From positions 1-44,636 of IMG/VR virus record IMGVR_UViG_3300048851_000238: DNA of 44,636 bases. One strand, given 5' to 3'. This DNA is from a virus (lineage: Duplodnaviria; Caudoviricetes). Below the pieces are notes generated by a model. The model did not search any database. It had not been told where the DNA came from and saw nothing but the letters and a program-made list of their open reading frames with translations. Position numbers and translations under genes: made by a program. Below are positions 8,723 through 19,254 of the stretch, in pieces. The stretch's first letter is position 1, and every line of letters starts with the position of its first letter.

Positions 8723-9039
8723 CAATTGAACCTCATGACAATAAGCCTCATGGTGCCTCCTGCAATCAAACTGGACTCATAAGTGCGGGTATGGTTATAG
8801 ACCCTTGCTACTCCACTCAGAAGTTCGGTCTCGAACTGCCGCTGCTGGCTGTCGTATGCACCATTTGGGATCACCAAGGCCACCCCATTGCTTGCGTTAA
8901 CACCAGGCACAGCAAAATCTTGACTAGATTTTCCACCCGAGAATGTCACAAGCGTAGATAGCACTATTCGGATGGTGAAGGAGCTTTCATCCAGCTGGAG
9001 TGCCGAATCGGCACCCCATACCCTCATCCCAAAACTCAT
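8722..9039 (-). CDS. Small tail tip accessory protein
   Basis: MSFGMRVWG start; coupled to J. Confidence 0.7.
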   Translation of the reverse strand: MSFGMRVWGADSALQLDESSFTIRIVLSTLVTFSGGKSSQDFAVPGVNASNGVALVIPNGAYDSQQRQFETELLSGVARVYNHTRTYESSLIAGGTMRLIVMRFN

Positions 9040-12000
9040 TCTGTGAGGTCTCCTAACTGGACGCGTTTAACGCCATTGACGTCATACACTCGCACCGAGC
9101 GGTTGGTAATGACCAAACGCCCGCCGCCAGCCACGACACCGTTGATCTCAAGCGTTCCGTTTTTGTTTAAGATCCAGCCCTGCTGTCCGGCGATGTAATT
9201 CGTCGAGCTGATGTAGCTGCCGATCTTGGCGTTGGTAATCGTGCCGTCCTGAATGAAAGCCGAGTTCATAAACACTTGGCCGTTCTGGACTGCGAACGGA
9301 ACAGACAGCGCCCCGCCTGCCATGGAGTTCACTACCGCGAATCGATCAGCAGAGACGAGAAATTGGCTTTGCAGCCCTGCACCCGTGTTCTCGATCCCAA
9401 ATCCGATTCCTGCCGCGACGTACTTACCGTCCTGAGCCACCTGCATTTTCACGGACCACATGGTGGTCAGCTTGCCGGCGGTGTCTGCGTAAGCGGTCGC
9501 GGTTTGCTGGATGGTTGACGTGTTGTCATCGATCCGAGCATTCACCTGAGTGAGCGCCGTTGCGGTTGACGACTGAACGTTTGTCACCACCTGCCGCAGA
9601 TCAGTCACTTGAGAGACGTTTTCTCCAACCGTCGCCGTCAGTTGCGTGACGGTTTTGGCAGTTGCCTCGTTCGCGTTTGCTGCGACTATGGCCTCTGTAA
9701 CGATGCTCGCAGCGCTGCTGTATCCCTTCAGCGCATCCGCAAGTTCGCCCTCGCCGTTATCATCACGGGCAGCAGCTCGGAGCACCTGCAGGGCCGAGGC
9801 CTGAGCGGTGACAATGCCATCCAACTCGCTGATCTCGGTTGTGTTGGTCTGGACCTGCTGAGCCAGACCGTTTGCCGTTTCCAGTAAGTCGCCTACGTCT
9901 TTCCAGTACGCGAGGTTCGGCGGCGGAGTGTTGACCGGAACATCCTGCTCGGCCTGATAGATGCGACCGTCGACAACGACCATCTGGCCCTTGGTGTAAG
10001 TATCGCCCGGGACGTAAGCCTTGAGGCCGTCTAGCGCGTCGATCTGATCCTGTAGGCCTTCGATAAGCTCGATCTTGTCCAGTAAGTCCTGACCCAGTTC
10101 AGTTTCGCCAATCTGGCCAGCGATCAACTCGAGAATAGGCGCAGCCTCAGAACTGGACTGACCCTGAACGCCAATCCCTAGTGGATACCACGGTCCAATG
10201 TTGCCGATCCGATCTACCAGGCGGGCCCAGAAATAGAACGTCACGCCAGCACGCAAGCCCAGCATTGAGAAATCACTTTGCGGATACGACAGGTCGGTCA
10301 GCTTGGTTGCGGCTTCGAGACTGGTCGTAGGCCCGTACCAAATTTCTGTTCGCTGCGTGTCCTCTGCTCCAGCCGGGAATGCCCACTTCAGGTAGATGCC
10401 GAACAGTAGAGGCGTGGCCGTCAGGTAAGACACTGCAGGCGGCAGGCCTTGTTTGCCTTCGAGCTGCGCCTCGGCGCTCGTCCCCCATATGGAGGCGATA
10501 TCCATGGCATTGATTGAAGACACGCGGGCAAGGTAACGGCCGCTGTAGATCCCATCGACCTCTGCGCCAAGACTCCCGGTTCGAGGTAATCGAATCCAAC
10601 TGCCGCTGTCTTTGCGCCACTCGACGTTGTAGGCGATCGCACCAGGTACCGAATCCCAGGTGATCCGCATAGTTGCCACGGACAACCCTTGCGACACTCT
10701 GCTCCTCGCCTCCAGGGCGATGTTGGTCGGTGGGGACATTACGCCAGGCGGGATAATACTTGTTGGCTGGGGATCAATCCGCGCGCCAGTGTCGATCGCC
10801 GCGTATTTCTGCGGCTCGTGCTGGGTCGCGCTGATCTTGAACTGGTGCAGCCCCTGCGGCTCAATGGTCTGAACCCGGAAGCGCATCACTGCCAGATCGG
10901 CGCTTTCCACCGACCAACTGCATTCGGCCTCTGGTAGCTCCGAATAGTCCGCCATGACCGTTACGAGCCGACCCGAAACCGACTTCACAATTCGCCCTTC
11001 GGACTTGCCGCTGGGCAGGTTGAGGATCAGTCGATCCTCTTGATGGATCTCGGCGTCAATGTCGAGCGTGATCACCCGGCGAGTTGCTGCGCTGATGCGC
11101 CCGCCGTTAGCTCGACCTGAAAACAGTTCGTCGGCAACACATATGATCTGTCCTGGCTCAACGTTGCGGCCTTCCATGCCAGTCGTGAAGCTGACAGACC
11201 ATTCTTCGTACTGCTCCGACTTCAACGCCCACACGCCGTGCCGAATAGCCTCGCCCTCAACGGTGCATCCGAATCGCGAGATGTCCAGCATCCGGTGGCC
11301 GAGGACGCCGATCAGCTCTTCATTCGTAACCGGTGCCGGCTGGGTTTTGAATTCATTCTCAGGATTGTCCCAAGCGACCTTCGCCCGGGTGTGACGGTCC
11401 GGGAAAGCCGCAGCGACGTATTCAAACTCGCCGATGATGTTGGATCGCGTGAAGACATACCCGTCCTCGTTGCCGGGGATGTCCGCCACCATCGTGACCT
11501 GTGAGCCGTTCCAGCAACTGCTCCCCCGGAACACGCTGGCCAGGTCGGAGAGCAGTGCATACCCCTCAACCGAATCCTGGATGTAAACGTTCGTGGTCAT
11601 GCGCGGCTGTAGACCACCCTTGCCATCGGACACCATCACATCGCAATAACGGCCAATCTCGTACAGCGTCCAGTGGTCCACCATATCGGCAGTGATGCGG
11701 CGACCAAGGCCGTAGCGACGGTGCAGCAACAGATCACGCCACACCCACACCGGGTTGTTGGTGTATGCCAGCTTGAACGTGCCATTCCAGTCGCCGGTAT
11801 ACGTCCGTGTCGGTGGGTCGTAGTTGGTGGGAACCTGAACAATCCGACCGCGCATCAGAGCAGAAAATTTTGGCGTGTCCTGGAACTGCTTCGCGTCAAA
11901 CTGCAGGCCACCCAATGCAAGGTTCGGATAGCGCAGCTTTTTGTCGATGACCTCCGTCAGGCCCTTTATCCGCATCAGGTCCGCAAAATTTGAGTCATTG

Positions 12001-12644
12001 CGGTTCGGAGTCAGCCGGCGAACGCGTATCAGCGCACTGGTAAAGCCTTCGGGAAGGTCAATGCGATGGGTGCGCTCATACTCAGTGGTGCCCTTGTCAT
12101 CTAACGTTGCCGAAAGGACGGTCTGATAGCTTCCCCCATCGACAGAAAGGTCGATCGCGTAGTCGATTCGATAGCCGACCTGATCACCATTGCTCTTCAC
12201 CTGCCAGATCTGCGGCCATGACAGCCTGATACGCACGGCAGAGAGCTGTTGATCGGTGATTGCATGAGTCCAGGCGACGTCAGACGTTAGCTCTACGGGC
12301 AGACCCTGCGAGGCTTCGTTCTCGATCGCAGGGAAACCGGCTATATGCTCCTGATCAACAGTTCCCGGCCGAAAATCCCAGACAGTGCCCGGGAAGTTCT
12401 CGCTACCGTCAGGGGAAATCAAAGGTGTGCCGTTGAGCTTTACCGACTGCTTGCCATTGACGGGCCCAACGATCGGACCTTCGCTCAATGCGTAGAGCAG
12501 CTTTACAGTGGCAATCGAAAGCGCGGTGTCGGGCGCTTTGTACGGCGTGTACGGTTTTGATTCGCCGCCCTTGGCACCCAAAACGCGGGCAGCAGGAGTC
12601 TGTCGCCGGCGCTTGGGAGCGGGCGCTTTTGGAGTCTTGGCCAT
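9036..12644 (-). CDS. Host-specificity/central tail tip protein J
   Basis: LSEGPIVG, YTNNPVW, FnIII-like region, coiled coil, DUF1983-like C-terminus (SQFLVSADRFAV). Confidence 0.93.
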   Translation of the reverse strand: MAKTPKAPAPKRRRQTPAARVLGAKGGESKPYTPYKAPDTALSIATVKLLYALSEGPIVGPVNGKQSVKLNGTPLISPDGSENFPGTVWDFRPGTVDQEHIAGFPAIENEASQGLPVELTSDVAWTHAITDQQLSAVRIRLSWPQIWQVKSNGDQVGYRIDYAIDLSVDGGSYQTVLSATLDDKGTTEYERTHRIDLPEGFTSALIRVRRLTPNRNDSNFADLMRIKGLTEVIDKKLRYPNLALGGLQFDAKQFQDTPKFSALMRGRIVQVPTNYDPPTRTYTGDWNGTFKLAYTNNPVWVWRDLLLHRRYGLGRRITADMVDHWTLYEIGRYCDVMVSDGKGGLQPRMTTNVYIQDSVEGYALLSDLASVFRGSSCWNGSQVTMVADIPGNEDGYVFTRSNIIGEFEYVAAAFPDRHTRAKVAWDNPENEFKTQPAPVTNEELIGVLGHRMLDISRFGCTVEGEAIRHGVWALKSEQYEEWSVSFTTGMEGRNVEPGQIICVADELFSGRANGGRISAATRRVITLDIDAEIHQEDRLILNLPSGKSEGRIVKSVSGRLVTVMADYSELPEAECSWSVESADLAVMRFRVQTIEPQGLHQFKISATQHEPQKYAAIDTGARIDPQPTSIIPPGVMSPPTNIALEARSRVSQGLSVATMRITWDSVPGAIAYNVEWRKDSGSWIRLPRTGSLGAEVDGIYSGRYLARVSSINAMDIASIWGTSAEAQLEGKQGLPPAVSYLTATPLLFGIYLKWAFPAGAEDTQRTEIWYGPTTSLEAATKLTDLSYPQSDFSMLGLRAGVTFYFWARLVDRIGNIGPWYPLGIGVQGQSSSEAAPILELIAGQIGETELGQDLLDKIELIEGLQDQIDALDGLKAYVPGDTYTKGQMVVVDGRIYQAEQDVPVNTPPPNLAYWKDVGDLLETANGLAQQVQTNTTEISELDGIVTAQASALQVLRAAARDDNGEGELADALKGYSSAASIVTEAIVAANANEATAKTVTQLTATVGENVSQVTDLRQVVTNVQSSTATALTQVNARIDDNTSTIQQTATAYADTAGKLTTMWSVKMQVAQDGKYVAAGIGFGIENTGAGLQSQFLVSADRFAVVNSMAGGALSVPFAVQNGQVFMNSAFIQDGTITNAKIGSYISSTNYIAGQQGWILNKNGTLEINGVVAGGGRLVITNRSVRVYDVNGVKRVQLGDLTE

Positions 12645-12653
12645 GGGGTTTCC

Positions 12654-13250
12654 TTACAACTGGTCTTCCGAGTGGATACCAGCGGAGATGAGAGCGCCGC
12701 CGATATCGCGTTCGCCGTAAAGCAAGGGTTTACAACGTCCTTGGGCCATAGTCGTCACGGCTCCACCGAAGGCATATGAAGGTCTGTTGCCGTCGCCCTC
12801 CTTGTCGAGCACCCCGGCCGGTGATGGAGACATGCTCATGGCGATACCGCCCAGCATTAGGCCTGCACCCGCTGCGGCAAGGTAGTACTGCTGGGTGACT
12901 ACGCCGATGACTATGAGGGCCAGGCCAGCAATGGTTGCGAATAAACCTCCGCCCTTGCTGCCGATTACCATTGGAGCAATTCGAATGGGCTCCAGCGTAT
13001 CCTGGCGCATCTCAACCTCGCCCTCGCTGAGATTCTTCTTTCCACGGAATATGGCGAAGGTAAGACCACGCTCTTCCGAAAACCTCAAGAAGCGTTTAAA
13101 CCCGGGTATCCGAACGCAGAGCGCATGAATTGCTTCTGCACCAGATGAAACCGCCAGGTGATGTACCCGTCCAAAACGCGAGCCCAATACCCCGTAGAGC
13201 AGCACCAGCACCACCAAAGGCTGCGGTTGAATCGTTGTTCTCATCGCCAT
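12654..13250 (-). CDS. Tail assembly protein I
   Basis: LYGVLGSRFGR...PSYAFGGAVTT..QG..PLLYGER. Confidence 0.9.
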   Translation of the reverse strand: MAMRTTIQPQPLVVLVLLYGVLGSRFGRVHHLAVSSGAEAIHALCVRIPGFKRFLRFSEERGLTFAIFRGKKNLSEGEVEMRQDTLEPIRIAPMVIGSKGGGLFATIAGLALIVIGVVTQQYYLAAAGAGLMLGGIAMSMSPSPAGVLDKEGDGNRPSYAFGGAVTTMAQGRCKPLLYGERDIGGALISAGIHSEDQL

Positions 13251-14002
13251 CAGTCAACCTCCGGCATTCTCTGGTGCCGAAGGATCAGCACGGTGTAATC
13301 GGCCCACATGCCGCCATATACATCGCGAGTGGATTTCTTGTTGTAGCGGTGGTGCAGGAAAGTGCCCGCGGCCGGGTGTAGATCTGGAGCACTTTTGAGA
13401 AGGCCATCGCCCAGGTAGATGCCTGCATGATTTGGAGCGTCGGCGTTGATCTGCATGACAATCATGTCGCCCTTGCGCGGTACCGATACAGGGTAGAAAC
13501 CCGCATCCTCATAGTACTTTTCGTAGAGGCTTTCCCCGGCGTTCCACCAGCCATCGCGGCGAGGATAGTTCGGCAGCTCAATGCCGTGCTCGCGTTCGTA
13601 GTAGTCGCGGCACAGCGCATAGCAGTCCAGGAGACCGTGGCCGAAATCCCGACCAACCAACGGAGCCAGGTAGCCGTCAGGCTTGAATTCGAAGTACTCC
13701 CCCGAAGGCCAACTCACGATGCCCCACGGTTTTTCATGCAGCTCGCAACTGACCCGATCCGCCATACTGGGCAGCGGCGGCACGTCCGGGTGACTGTGAA
13801 TGATCATCGTCACTTCGCCGCGGTCCTCCGCGTCGCACTTGTCGCCGGGGTTGATGATGAAGTGCTCGCTCGGCGTCTTGGCATCGTTGGCACAGGGCAC
13901 ATACTTCAGCCGGCCAGCCTCGCGAATCACAACGCCGCAGCTCTCTTTCGGGTATTCGCTGGCAGCGTGCGCCACGATCTGTTTGAGCATCGTCTTGTTC
14001 AT
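13250..14002 (-). CDS. Tail assembly protein K (JAB + NlpC/P60)
   Basis: YPKESCG, HSHPD, DCYAL, NHAGIYLG motifs. Confidence 0.92.
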   Translation of the reverse strand: MNKTMLKQIVAHAASEYPKESCGVVIREAGRLKYVPCANDAKTPSEHFIINPGDKCDAEDRGEVTMIIHSHPDVPPLPSMADRVSCELHEKPWGIVSWPSGEYFEFKPDGYLAPLVGRDFGHGLLDCYALCRDYYEREHGIELPNYPRRDGWWNAGESLYEKYYEDAGFYPVSVPRKGDMIVMQINADAPNHAGIYLGDGLLKSAPDLHPAAGTFLHHRYNKKSTRDVYGGMWADYTVLILRHQRMPEVD

Positions 14003-14008
14003 AGGTGA

Positions 14009-14695
14009 TTATCCAATGAGGGCTGCGCCTGGTGCGCCACCAAATGGCAGCGGGTTTCCCCTGCCGAACCGTATCTCGCAATCACTTGGACGACCGCCGC
14101 AACGATCGAGCGCTGGGTCGTCAACCGGATTTCCATCTAGGTCAAACATCTTGACCCCGGTGTAGTTACAGTCAGGCCCCCGGTACTCGCCCCAAAGGCA
14201 CCACTCGCACCGGTTCATGATCAGGCCACCTGGCAGCATCTGCCCCTTCACTGCCGTCGGCGGAGCGAGCGAGAACACGACCTCTTCACGGCCAAGGCTT
14301 GTGACCTGGTTGATGTAGGAGATGTCGAGCCTTTCCATCGTGCTGGCTTCGGGGTTGCCCTCGGGGAAGTTCGCGGCATCCAGGTATTTCGCATAGGTCT
14401 GATGAACGATCAGCTTCACCCCGCTCAAACCCTGAAAGAGGCGGCACAGTGCGGTGATTGTTCCGTCGATGTTGCTGATCTTCAGGGTGGGGGTCGAATT
14501 GTTGCTCTCCACACTGCGACCGAACCCGCCAGTCTCGTATGGCCGTGGGGAATAGCTCTGCCCCTTCCAGATGATCGGCTCGGACTGTTGGTGCGCGTGG
14601 TAGCGCAAGATGCCCATCCCCCTTGCCTCGCCATCCAGTTCAATCAACTGGATGAGCGCGCCAGGCTCGAGCTTCTGGTCGTCTAAGGTGATCAT
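14009..14695 (-). CDS. Minor tail protein L
   Basis: C-x-W...YRG..C.Y...D.C....C..RFG...PFGG Cys motif. Confidence 0.92.
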   Translation of the reverse strand: MITLDDQKLEPGALIQLIELDGEARGMGILRYHAHQQSEPIIWKGQSYSPRPYETGGFGRSVESNNSTPTLKISNIDGTITALCRLFQGLSGVKLIVHQTYAKYLDAANFPEGNPEASTMERLDISYINQVTSLGREEVVFSLAPPTAVKGQMLPGGLIMNRCEWCLWGEYRGPDCNYTGVKMFDLDGNPVDDPALDRCGGRPSDCEIRFGRGNPLPFGGAPGAALIG

Positions 14696-15030
14696 GGATT
14701 GAATACCTGCTGGAAAGTCGTGCTCAGGGTGTATTTCTTATTGCCGTGGGTCTGCAGTTGCCACCCGCCAGTGGTGATATATGCCCCTTGATCCTCAAGC
14801 GGCGGCGTCCAAAGGAAGTGGTTCGCACCCCTATGCCGTACGAAGAATTCCTTTATTTGCCGGATGTAAGCCTCATTCCCTGTGAATGACACCGTGTAAG
14901 ATCTGGCTACGTTGTTTATTCCAACCGACAGACGTTGGCTGTAGCCATTTCCAAACTTCGACTCCAGGATGTCCGGCTGATCATCACCAGACGAGCCAAC
15001 GCGCGGCGACCAGCCGAATATCTCTGCCAT
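14692..15030 (-). CDS. Minor tail protein M (distal tail)
   Basis: FGNGYSQR..GIN...F.WTPP. Confidence 0.9.
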   Translation of the reverse strand: MAEIFGWSPRVGSSGDDQPDILESKFGNGYSQRLSVGINNVARSYTVSFTGNEAYIRQIKEFFVRHRGANHFLWTPPLEDQGAYITTGGWQLQTHGNKKYTLSTTFQQVFNP

Positions 15031-18000
15031 CAAGTGTTTCTCCGGTTATTTGGATCAAGGAGGCCGTTCTGACCCTTCTCTTGCTGAATGACAGCACGGG
15101 CGATCTTGGGCATTTCGGACCGTGCGGTGGCCAATAAAGCCAACCCCATTTGCTCGTAGCCCTCAGTGGAACTGACAGTGCCCCCGGATCCGTCGCCACT
15201 GATGTGCAGGTGGATCTCTGGCGGGCCACCAGCACCCGCCGCATTTACAGTTGGAGCGGAGAACGAGGGTGTGACGCCAGGAGTTCCAACGTAGCCTCCG
15301 TTGGAATAGCCTGGCCTACCGGTCCTGTTTATCCCGATGAGGTAGTCCTTCATCCCAGGCTGATCGACGACCTCTTTGCGGATGACCACCTCGCCGCCGT
15401 GGACGACGCCTTTTGGCTCGAACTTTCCGCCAGGGCCGGTGAAACCACCCTCGGAAAATCCAGCCAGCGCCATGCCTGCGACCATCCCTGCGTTGGCGTA
15501 CCCTGCCGCTAAGAGCGCGGCCCCGACAGGGATACCCCCAAGGATGGTCAGCTCTGCCGGTGCTTTTGCCGCCGCGATCTGGGCATTCATAATGATGGAT
15601 GCAACGGCGAAAGCCTTCTGTGCGACAAACAGCGCTTTGTACGCGCCCGACTGCTCGCCAGCGATCTTGCCGACCATGTCGGCGGCTTGGCCGGAGAGCT
15701 CGCTAAACGTCCCCATTACAGCGACTTTGTAAGCCCCTTGGATATCGGATAGTCGGCTTTGATTCGACTGGTTTATTTCAACAACGCGGTCGAGATATTG
15801 CTGCTCAGCGGCAAGTTTTTGATCATTGGTGCTTTGCTGGTCCGCCAATATCTGATCGCGCAGGTCGGCCTGCATGGAAAGCTGCTTGTCGTGCCACTTT
15901 TTAAGAGCAGCTTCGGCCTCGGCGATCTTCACCAACTCGCCCGAGGGTCCACCTACGGATGAGTCGATCCCTGCAAACTCAGGAGCCTCTGTGACGGTGG
16001 CTTTAGAGATCGCGTCCGCGCCAGCGCGATAATCGTCTGAAGACAGCTTGCCGGCACGGTTCGCGCTTTCCAGTACCTGCATCCGCTCTTTGGTCGTCGC
16101 AAGCAACGCCTGTTCTTTGGTTTGCAACCCGGACATCAGCCCGTCGTAGGCTTTTCTGGCGTTCAGCGCGTCCAGTTCAATGGCTCTGCCTTCCAGCATC
16201 GCCTTATTCTTGTCCGACAACTTCGACAATTCGCCGTTTGCAAGCTCGTAGCGAAGACGACCCAGTTCAGTGGTTTCTCCATACAACGCAACCTGCTGGG
16301 TGAGGTTCCCGAGGGTCTGCTTATATGCGTTGTTGAGTTGCTCAGCTTGACGCTGAATATCTTCAGCTGCTTTCTTCGCCTTCTGCTGCGCCTGCTCAGA
16401 TGCTTTCGCCGCCTCCTCAGACCCTTTGATCGCGCCAGCAAGAATCCGCCAGCCTTCAGCAGTACCGGGATCTACGCCTTCCCGTTCGATTCGGCGGTTA
16501 ACCTCACCAACAAGGTCGCCGCCGTCCCTGACTGAATTCAGCCGTTCTACAAGAGTCTTGGAATAGCTTGTCCAGCCATCAATGGTCTTCTGATCTGGCC
16601 CCTTGATTGTCTTTAACCCTGCACCAGCCTGCCCCGCTGCAGTTGCCACCTCGTTCAACCGGCCAGAAAGCATGTTGGCGACTACACCGTAATCACCAGA
16701 TGCCTTAATCGCCTCTCCATACGCGGCCGAAGATGCAGTGATGGCCTTCGTCATCTCTTCATTCGGGCCGATTGCCGCAACGAGTTGCTGACTCGCCGAG
16801 TCAATGTCTTGGCCCCCGCTGATCCGGCGATTGAAGTCGGTAACCGCGCGATCCCGTTGGAATGGGTTGGCGCTGTAGGTATCGCCCCATTTATCACTGC
16901 CTTGCGCGGCAGCGCGAATGTCACGCAGTGCTTTCTGTGCTGCTACCTGTGCATCGGCCTGCTGCTGGATCACGCCATCCAACTTGTAGCGGGCTTGCTC
17001 TTTGCCGAGGGCGGCGAACTCTTTTCGAAGCTCTTCTACAGGACGCTTGAGGTCGACAGTTGCCTGGCGAGCTTTATCACTGTTATCGCGGAACAATAGA
17101 TAACTTGCGGCAACCGCACCGGCAGTAACGGCTAGGCCAACCGGGCCGCCCATAACACCAAGAAGTGCGGACCCGGCTCGTCCGGCCAACGAAGTCGCTG
17201 CTGTCTGTGCGCTTTGCGCAGCGGTCTGCGCCGTAATTGCTTGAGTGTCGGCAAGCCTGGCCAATCGCAGACGGCTCAGCGCCGCTGTGTGAGCGTCAGT
17301 AAATCTAGTGGCTGCTACTTGGGATTCCGCTGCGACGACCTCGGCTGCGGTTCGGCGGGCTGCGGCAGTAGCCGCGTCCAATTGGGCTGTGGTTCGCCCT
17401 ATTTCAGCTGAGCGGGCGTCACGCAAAGCGGTAGCTTGATCTCGCAACCCCTTGAGCAGCTCGCCGAATTTGAGCCCGCCATACGCCGCTCCAGCTATCA
17501 AAACGGATGCGGCAAGAGTGTCCATGTGCTTTCTAACAAAATCCAGCGATCCAGCTAGCGTCGCCGTACTTCCTGTCGCTCCGTCCGCCCCTCCAATCCA
17601 TGCCTGAAAAGCGTTTGTTAGTGCTGTCGTGGAGCGACTAACCGACGGCGGCATCTTGTCGAATTCTTCATTGAGAACGCCTAGCTGGCTGATTAAAGCC
17701 GGGACGAGCTTGTTGATGGTGAGCAATCCATCATCAGCCATTCCTTTGAGATCTTTTCGAGCAACCCCCATTCCGGCAGCCAATGCCTTCAACACCCTTT
17801 CGCCACTGTCAGCGACAGAGTTAAATTCTTCGCCGCGAAGAACCCCCTGTGAAAGGGCTTGGGAAAATTGAGTGATAGCGGCTGACGCGCCCTCAGAGCT
17901 TGCGCCCGAAACTTGCAGCCCAACCGCAAGAGCCTCAGTAACTCCCAGAACATCAGTCGTTGAAAAGCCGAACTCGCGCATGGACGATGCCGAACGACTG

Positions 18001-18404
18001 TAAAGGCTGGCATTGTCAGCGAATGTTGTGCCGGTCCGCTGGCTTAACTCGAACAAAGCTTTTTGACTCACAGCGAAGTCCTCATTCCCCTTCGTTGCTT
18101 GCTTAAGGCGAGCATTGACCTGATTCCAGGCATCAGCCTGATGAATCACATTTCCTACCGCCAGTGCGCCGGCCATCGCGGCGGCATAGCTACCGACAGT
18201 GGAAGTGAGAGCTTGCATGGCTGAGCCTTGCGCACGCACTGCCGCTTCTTGCGATCGCCAAGAGCTCGTGGCGTCGCGGTTACCAGAGGTAATGGTGCGG
18301 AGGTAGCTTTGGCCCATGCGGCTCGCTTTCGCCATTTCGCGCTGATACGCGCTAGTTTCCGCCGATACGCTTACGATCAGAGAGCGAAGGGTCTGACCCG
18401 CCAT
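15030..18404 (-). CDS. Tape measure protein
   Basis: 1124 aa, Ala-rich; QFSQAL..GVLRGEEFNSV; C-terminal GGFTG.GGK.EP.GVVH.GE. Confidence 0.95.
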   Translation of the reverse strand: MAGQTLRSLIVSVSAETSAYQREMAKASRMGQSYLRTITSGNRDATSSWRSQEAAVRAQGSAMQALTSTVGSYAAAMAGALAVGNVIHQADAWNQVNARLKQATKGNEDFAVSQKALFELSQRTGTTFADNASLYSRSASSMREFGFSTTDVLGVTEALAVGLQVSGASSEGASAAITQFSQALSQGVLRGEEFNSVADSGERVLKALAAGMGVARKDLKGMADDGLLTINKLVPALISQLGVLNEEFDKMPPSVSRSTTALTNAFQAWIGGADGATGSTATLAGSLDFVRKHMDTLAASVLIAGAAYGGLKFGELLKGLRDQATALRDARSAEIGRTTAQLDAATAAARRTAAEVVAAESQVAATRFTDAHTAALSRLRLARLADTQAITAQTAAQSAQTAATSLAGRAGSALLGVMGGPVGLAVTAGAVAASYLLFRDNSDKARQATVDLKRPVEELRKEFAALGKEQARYKLDGVIQQQADAQVAAQKALRDIRAAAQGSDKWGDTYSANPFQRDRAVTDFNRRISGGQDIDSASQQLVAAIGPNEEMTKAITASSAAYGEAIKASGDYGVVANMLSGRLNEVATAAGQAGAGLKTIKGPDQKTIDGWTSYSKTLVERLNSVRDGGDLVGEVNRRIEREGVDPGTAEGWRILAGAIKGSEEAAKASEQAQQKAKKAAEDIQRQAEQLNNAYKQTLGNLTQQVALYGETTELGRLRYELANGELSKLSDKNKAMLEGRAIELDALNARKAYDGLMSGLQTKEQALLATTKERMQVLESANRAGKLSSDDYRAGADAISKATVTEAPEFAGIDSSVGGPSGELVKIAEAEAALKKWHDKQLSMQADLRDQILADQQSTNDQKLAAEQQYLDRVVEINQSNQSRLSDIQGAYKVAVMGTFSELSGQAADMVGKIAGEQSGAYKALFVAQKAFAVASIIMNAQIAAAKAPAELTILGGIPVGAALLAAGYANAGMVAGMALAGFSEGGFTGPGGKFEPKGVVHGGEVVIRKEVVDQPGMKDYLIGINRTGRPGYSNGGYVGTPGVTPSFSAPTVNAAGAGGPPEIHLHISGDGSGGTVSSTEGYEQMGLALLATARSEMPKIARAVIQQEKGQNGLLDPNNRRNT

Positions 18405-18418
18405 ACTTTTCTCCAGGC

Positions 18419-18443
18419 AATAAAAAACCCGCTCAAGGCGGGT
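18419..18443 (-). terminator. Intrinsic terminator after the moron gene
   Basis: Minus strand ACCCGC-CTTGA-GCGGGT-TTTTTATT. Confidence 0.8.
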
Positions 18444-18461
18444 CGGTGATTCGTTACGGAG

Positions 18462-18887
18462 TTATCTGAATAAGAAAAGCAAAATCAATACTCCGATCAC
18501 TGCCAATACAGCAAATTTGGAAATTTTCAATCCATCCTCTGTAGCTTGCAGCTCTTGGGTTTCTTTGACTTTATGCTCATGCTGAGCAGATCTGGCCTCA
18601 TGCCGAGCAATGATTAGACCCTCCCTCGCCTTTATCAGATCAGCGTTGATTTCGGAGTCCATCAACTCATCAAAAACCTTCCGCTCCTCGTCGTTCATGA
18701 TCTCTCGGAATCGTTCAATTTCCTGACCGTTCCTTGCAAGCGCTGAATCCGGGAAGCCCGTTATCCTCACTTCCCTCGCCACCTCAGCAGCATGCTCGTC
18801 AAGCAATTCCCTTACTTTCTGGCGGTCAAACTCCGTGTACCTAAGCACCTTGGCACCTTCACACTGTGAAAAATCTAACTTTACCAT
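18462..18887 (-). CDS. Moron gene: coiled-coil protein with C-terminal transmembrane segment
   Basis: AT-richer ORF between the tail chaperones and tape measure; ends FAVLAVIGVLILLFLFR. Confidence 0.75.
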   Translation of the reverse strand: MVKLDFSQCEGAKVLRYTEFDRQKVRELLDEHAAEVAREVRITGFPDSALARNGQEIERFREIMNDEERKVFDELMDSEINADLIKAREGLIIARHEARSAQHEHKVKETQELQATEDGLKISKFAVLAVIGVLILLFLFR

Positions 18888-18912
18888 CTAGCTCGAGCTT
18901 CACGAACAAGAG

Positions 18913-19254
18913 TTAATCCTCGGCGGCTTTGACCATTAGGAATGCCTTAAACATCTCGACGCCTTGCTCTGCCTGTGCAACCTCGTCAACAACCTGTTCA
19001 GACTCATCCTTCCACTTAGGCATCAGGTCAACTGCAGAAACCTTCGCCCCCTGAGCCTGAAACACTGAAGCCGCGATGATCGCCGCTTGTATGTCGCCGC
19101 GAGTATCGCTGAGTGGGGACTCTTGGTTATAGGACATCCAGAGAAACAGCTCTTCGGCGCTCATCCGCTCGCGAAGGTCCTGGAGAGTCATGCCGAGCCG
19201 GAGGGCAAGAGTCAGCATAAATGCCAACTCCGGCTCCTCCGTTAATCGTTTCCC
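18913..19254 (-). CDS. Tail chaperone T segment (C-terminal part of the G-T frameshift fusion)
   Basis: The -1 frame is open from the slippery site into ...EPELAFMLTLALRLGMTL...SPLSDTRGD. Confidence 0.8.
   Translation of the reverse strand, partial: GKRLTEEPELAFMLTLALRLGMTLQDLRERMSAEELFLWMSYNQESPLSDTRGDIQAAIIAASVFQAQGAKVSAVDLMPKWKDESEQVVDEVAQAEQGVEMFKAFLMVKAAED

Noticed and set aside
13969-13980. GCGCCACGAT half-site in tail gene K
   Set aside because: No GTGGCGC partner 20 nt downstream, so it is not counted as a fourth palindrome.
19248-19254. Apparent broken tail chaperone gene
   Set aside because: This is the conventional programmed -1 frameshift of long-tailed phages, neither a pseudogene nor novel.
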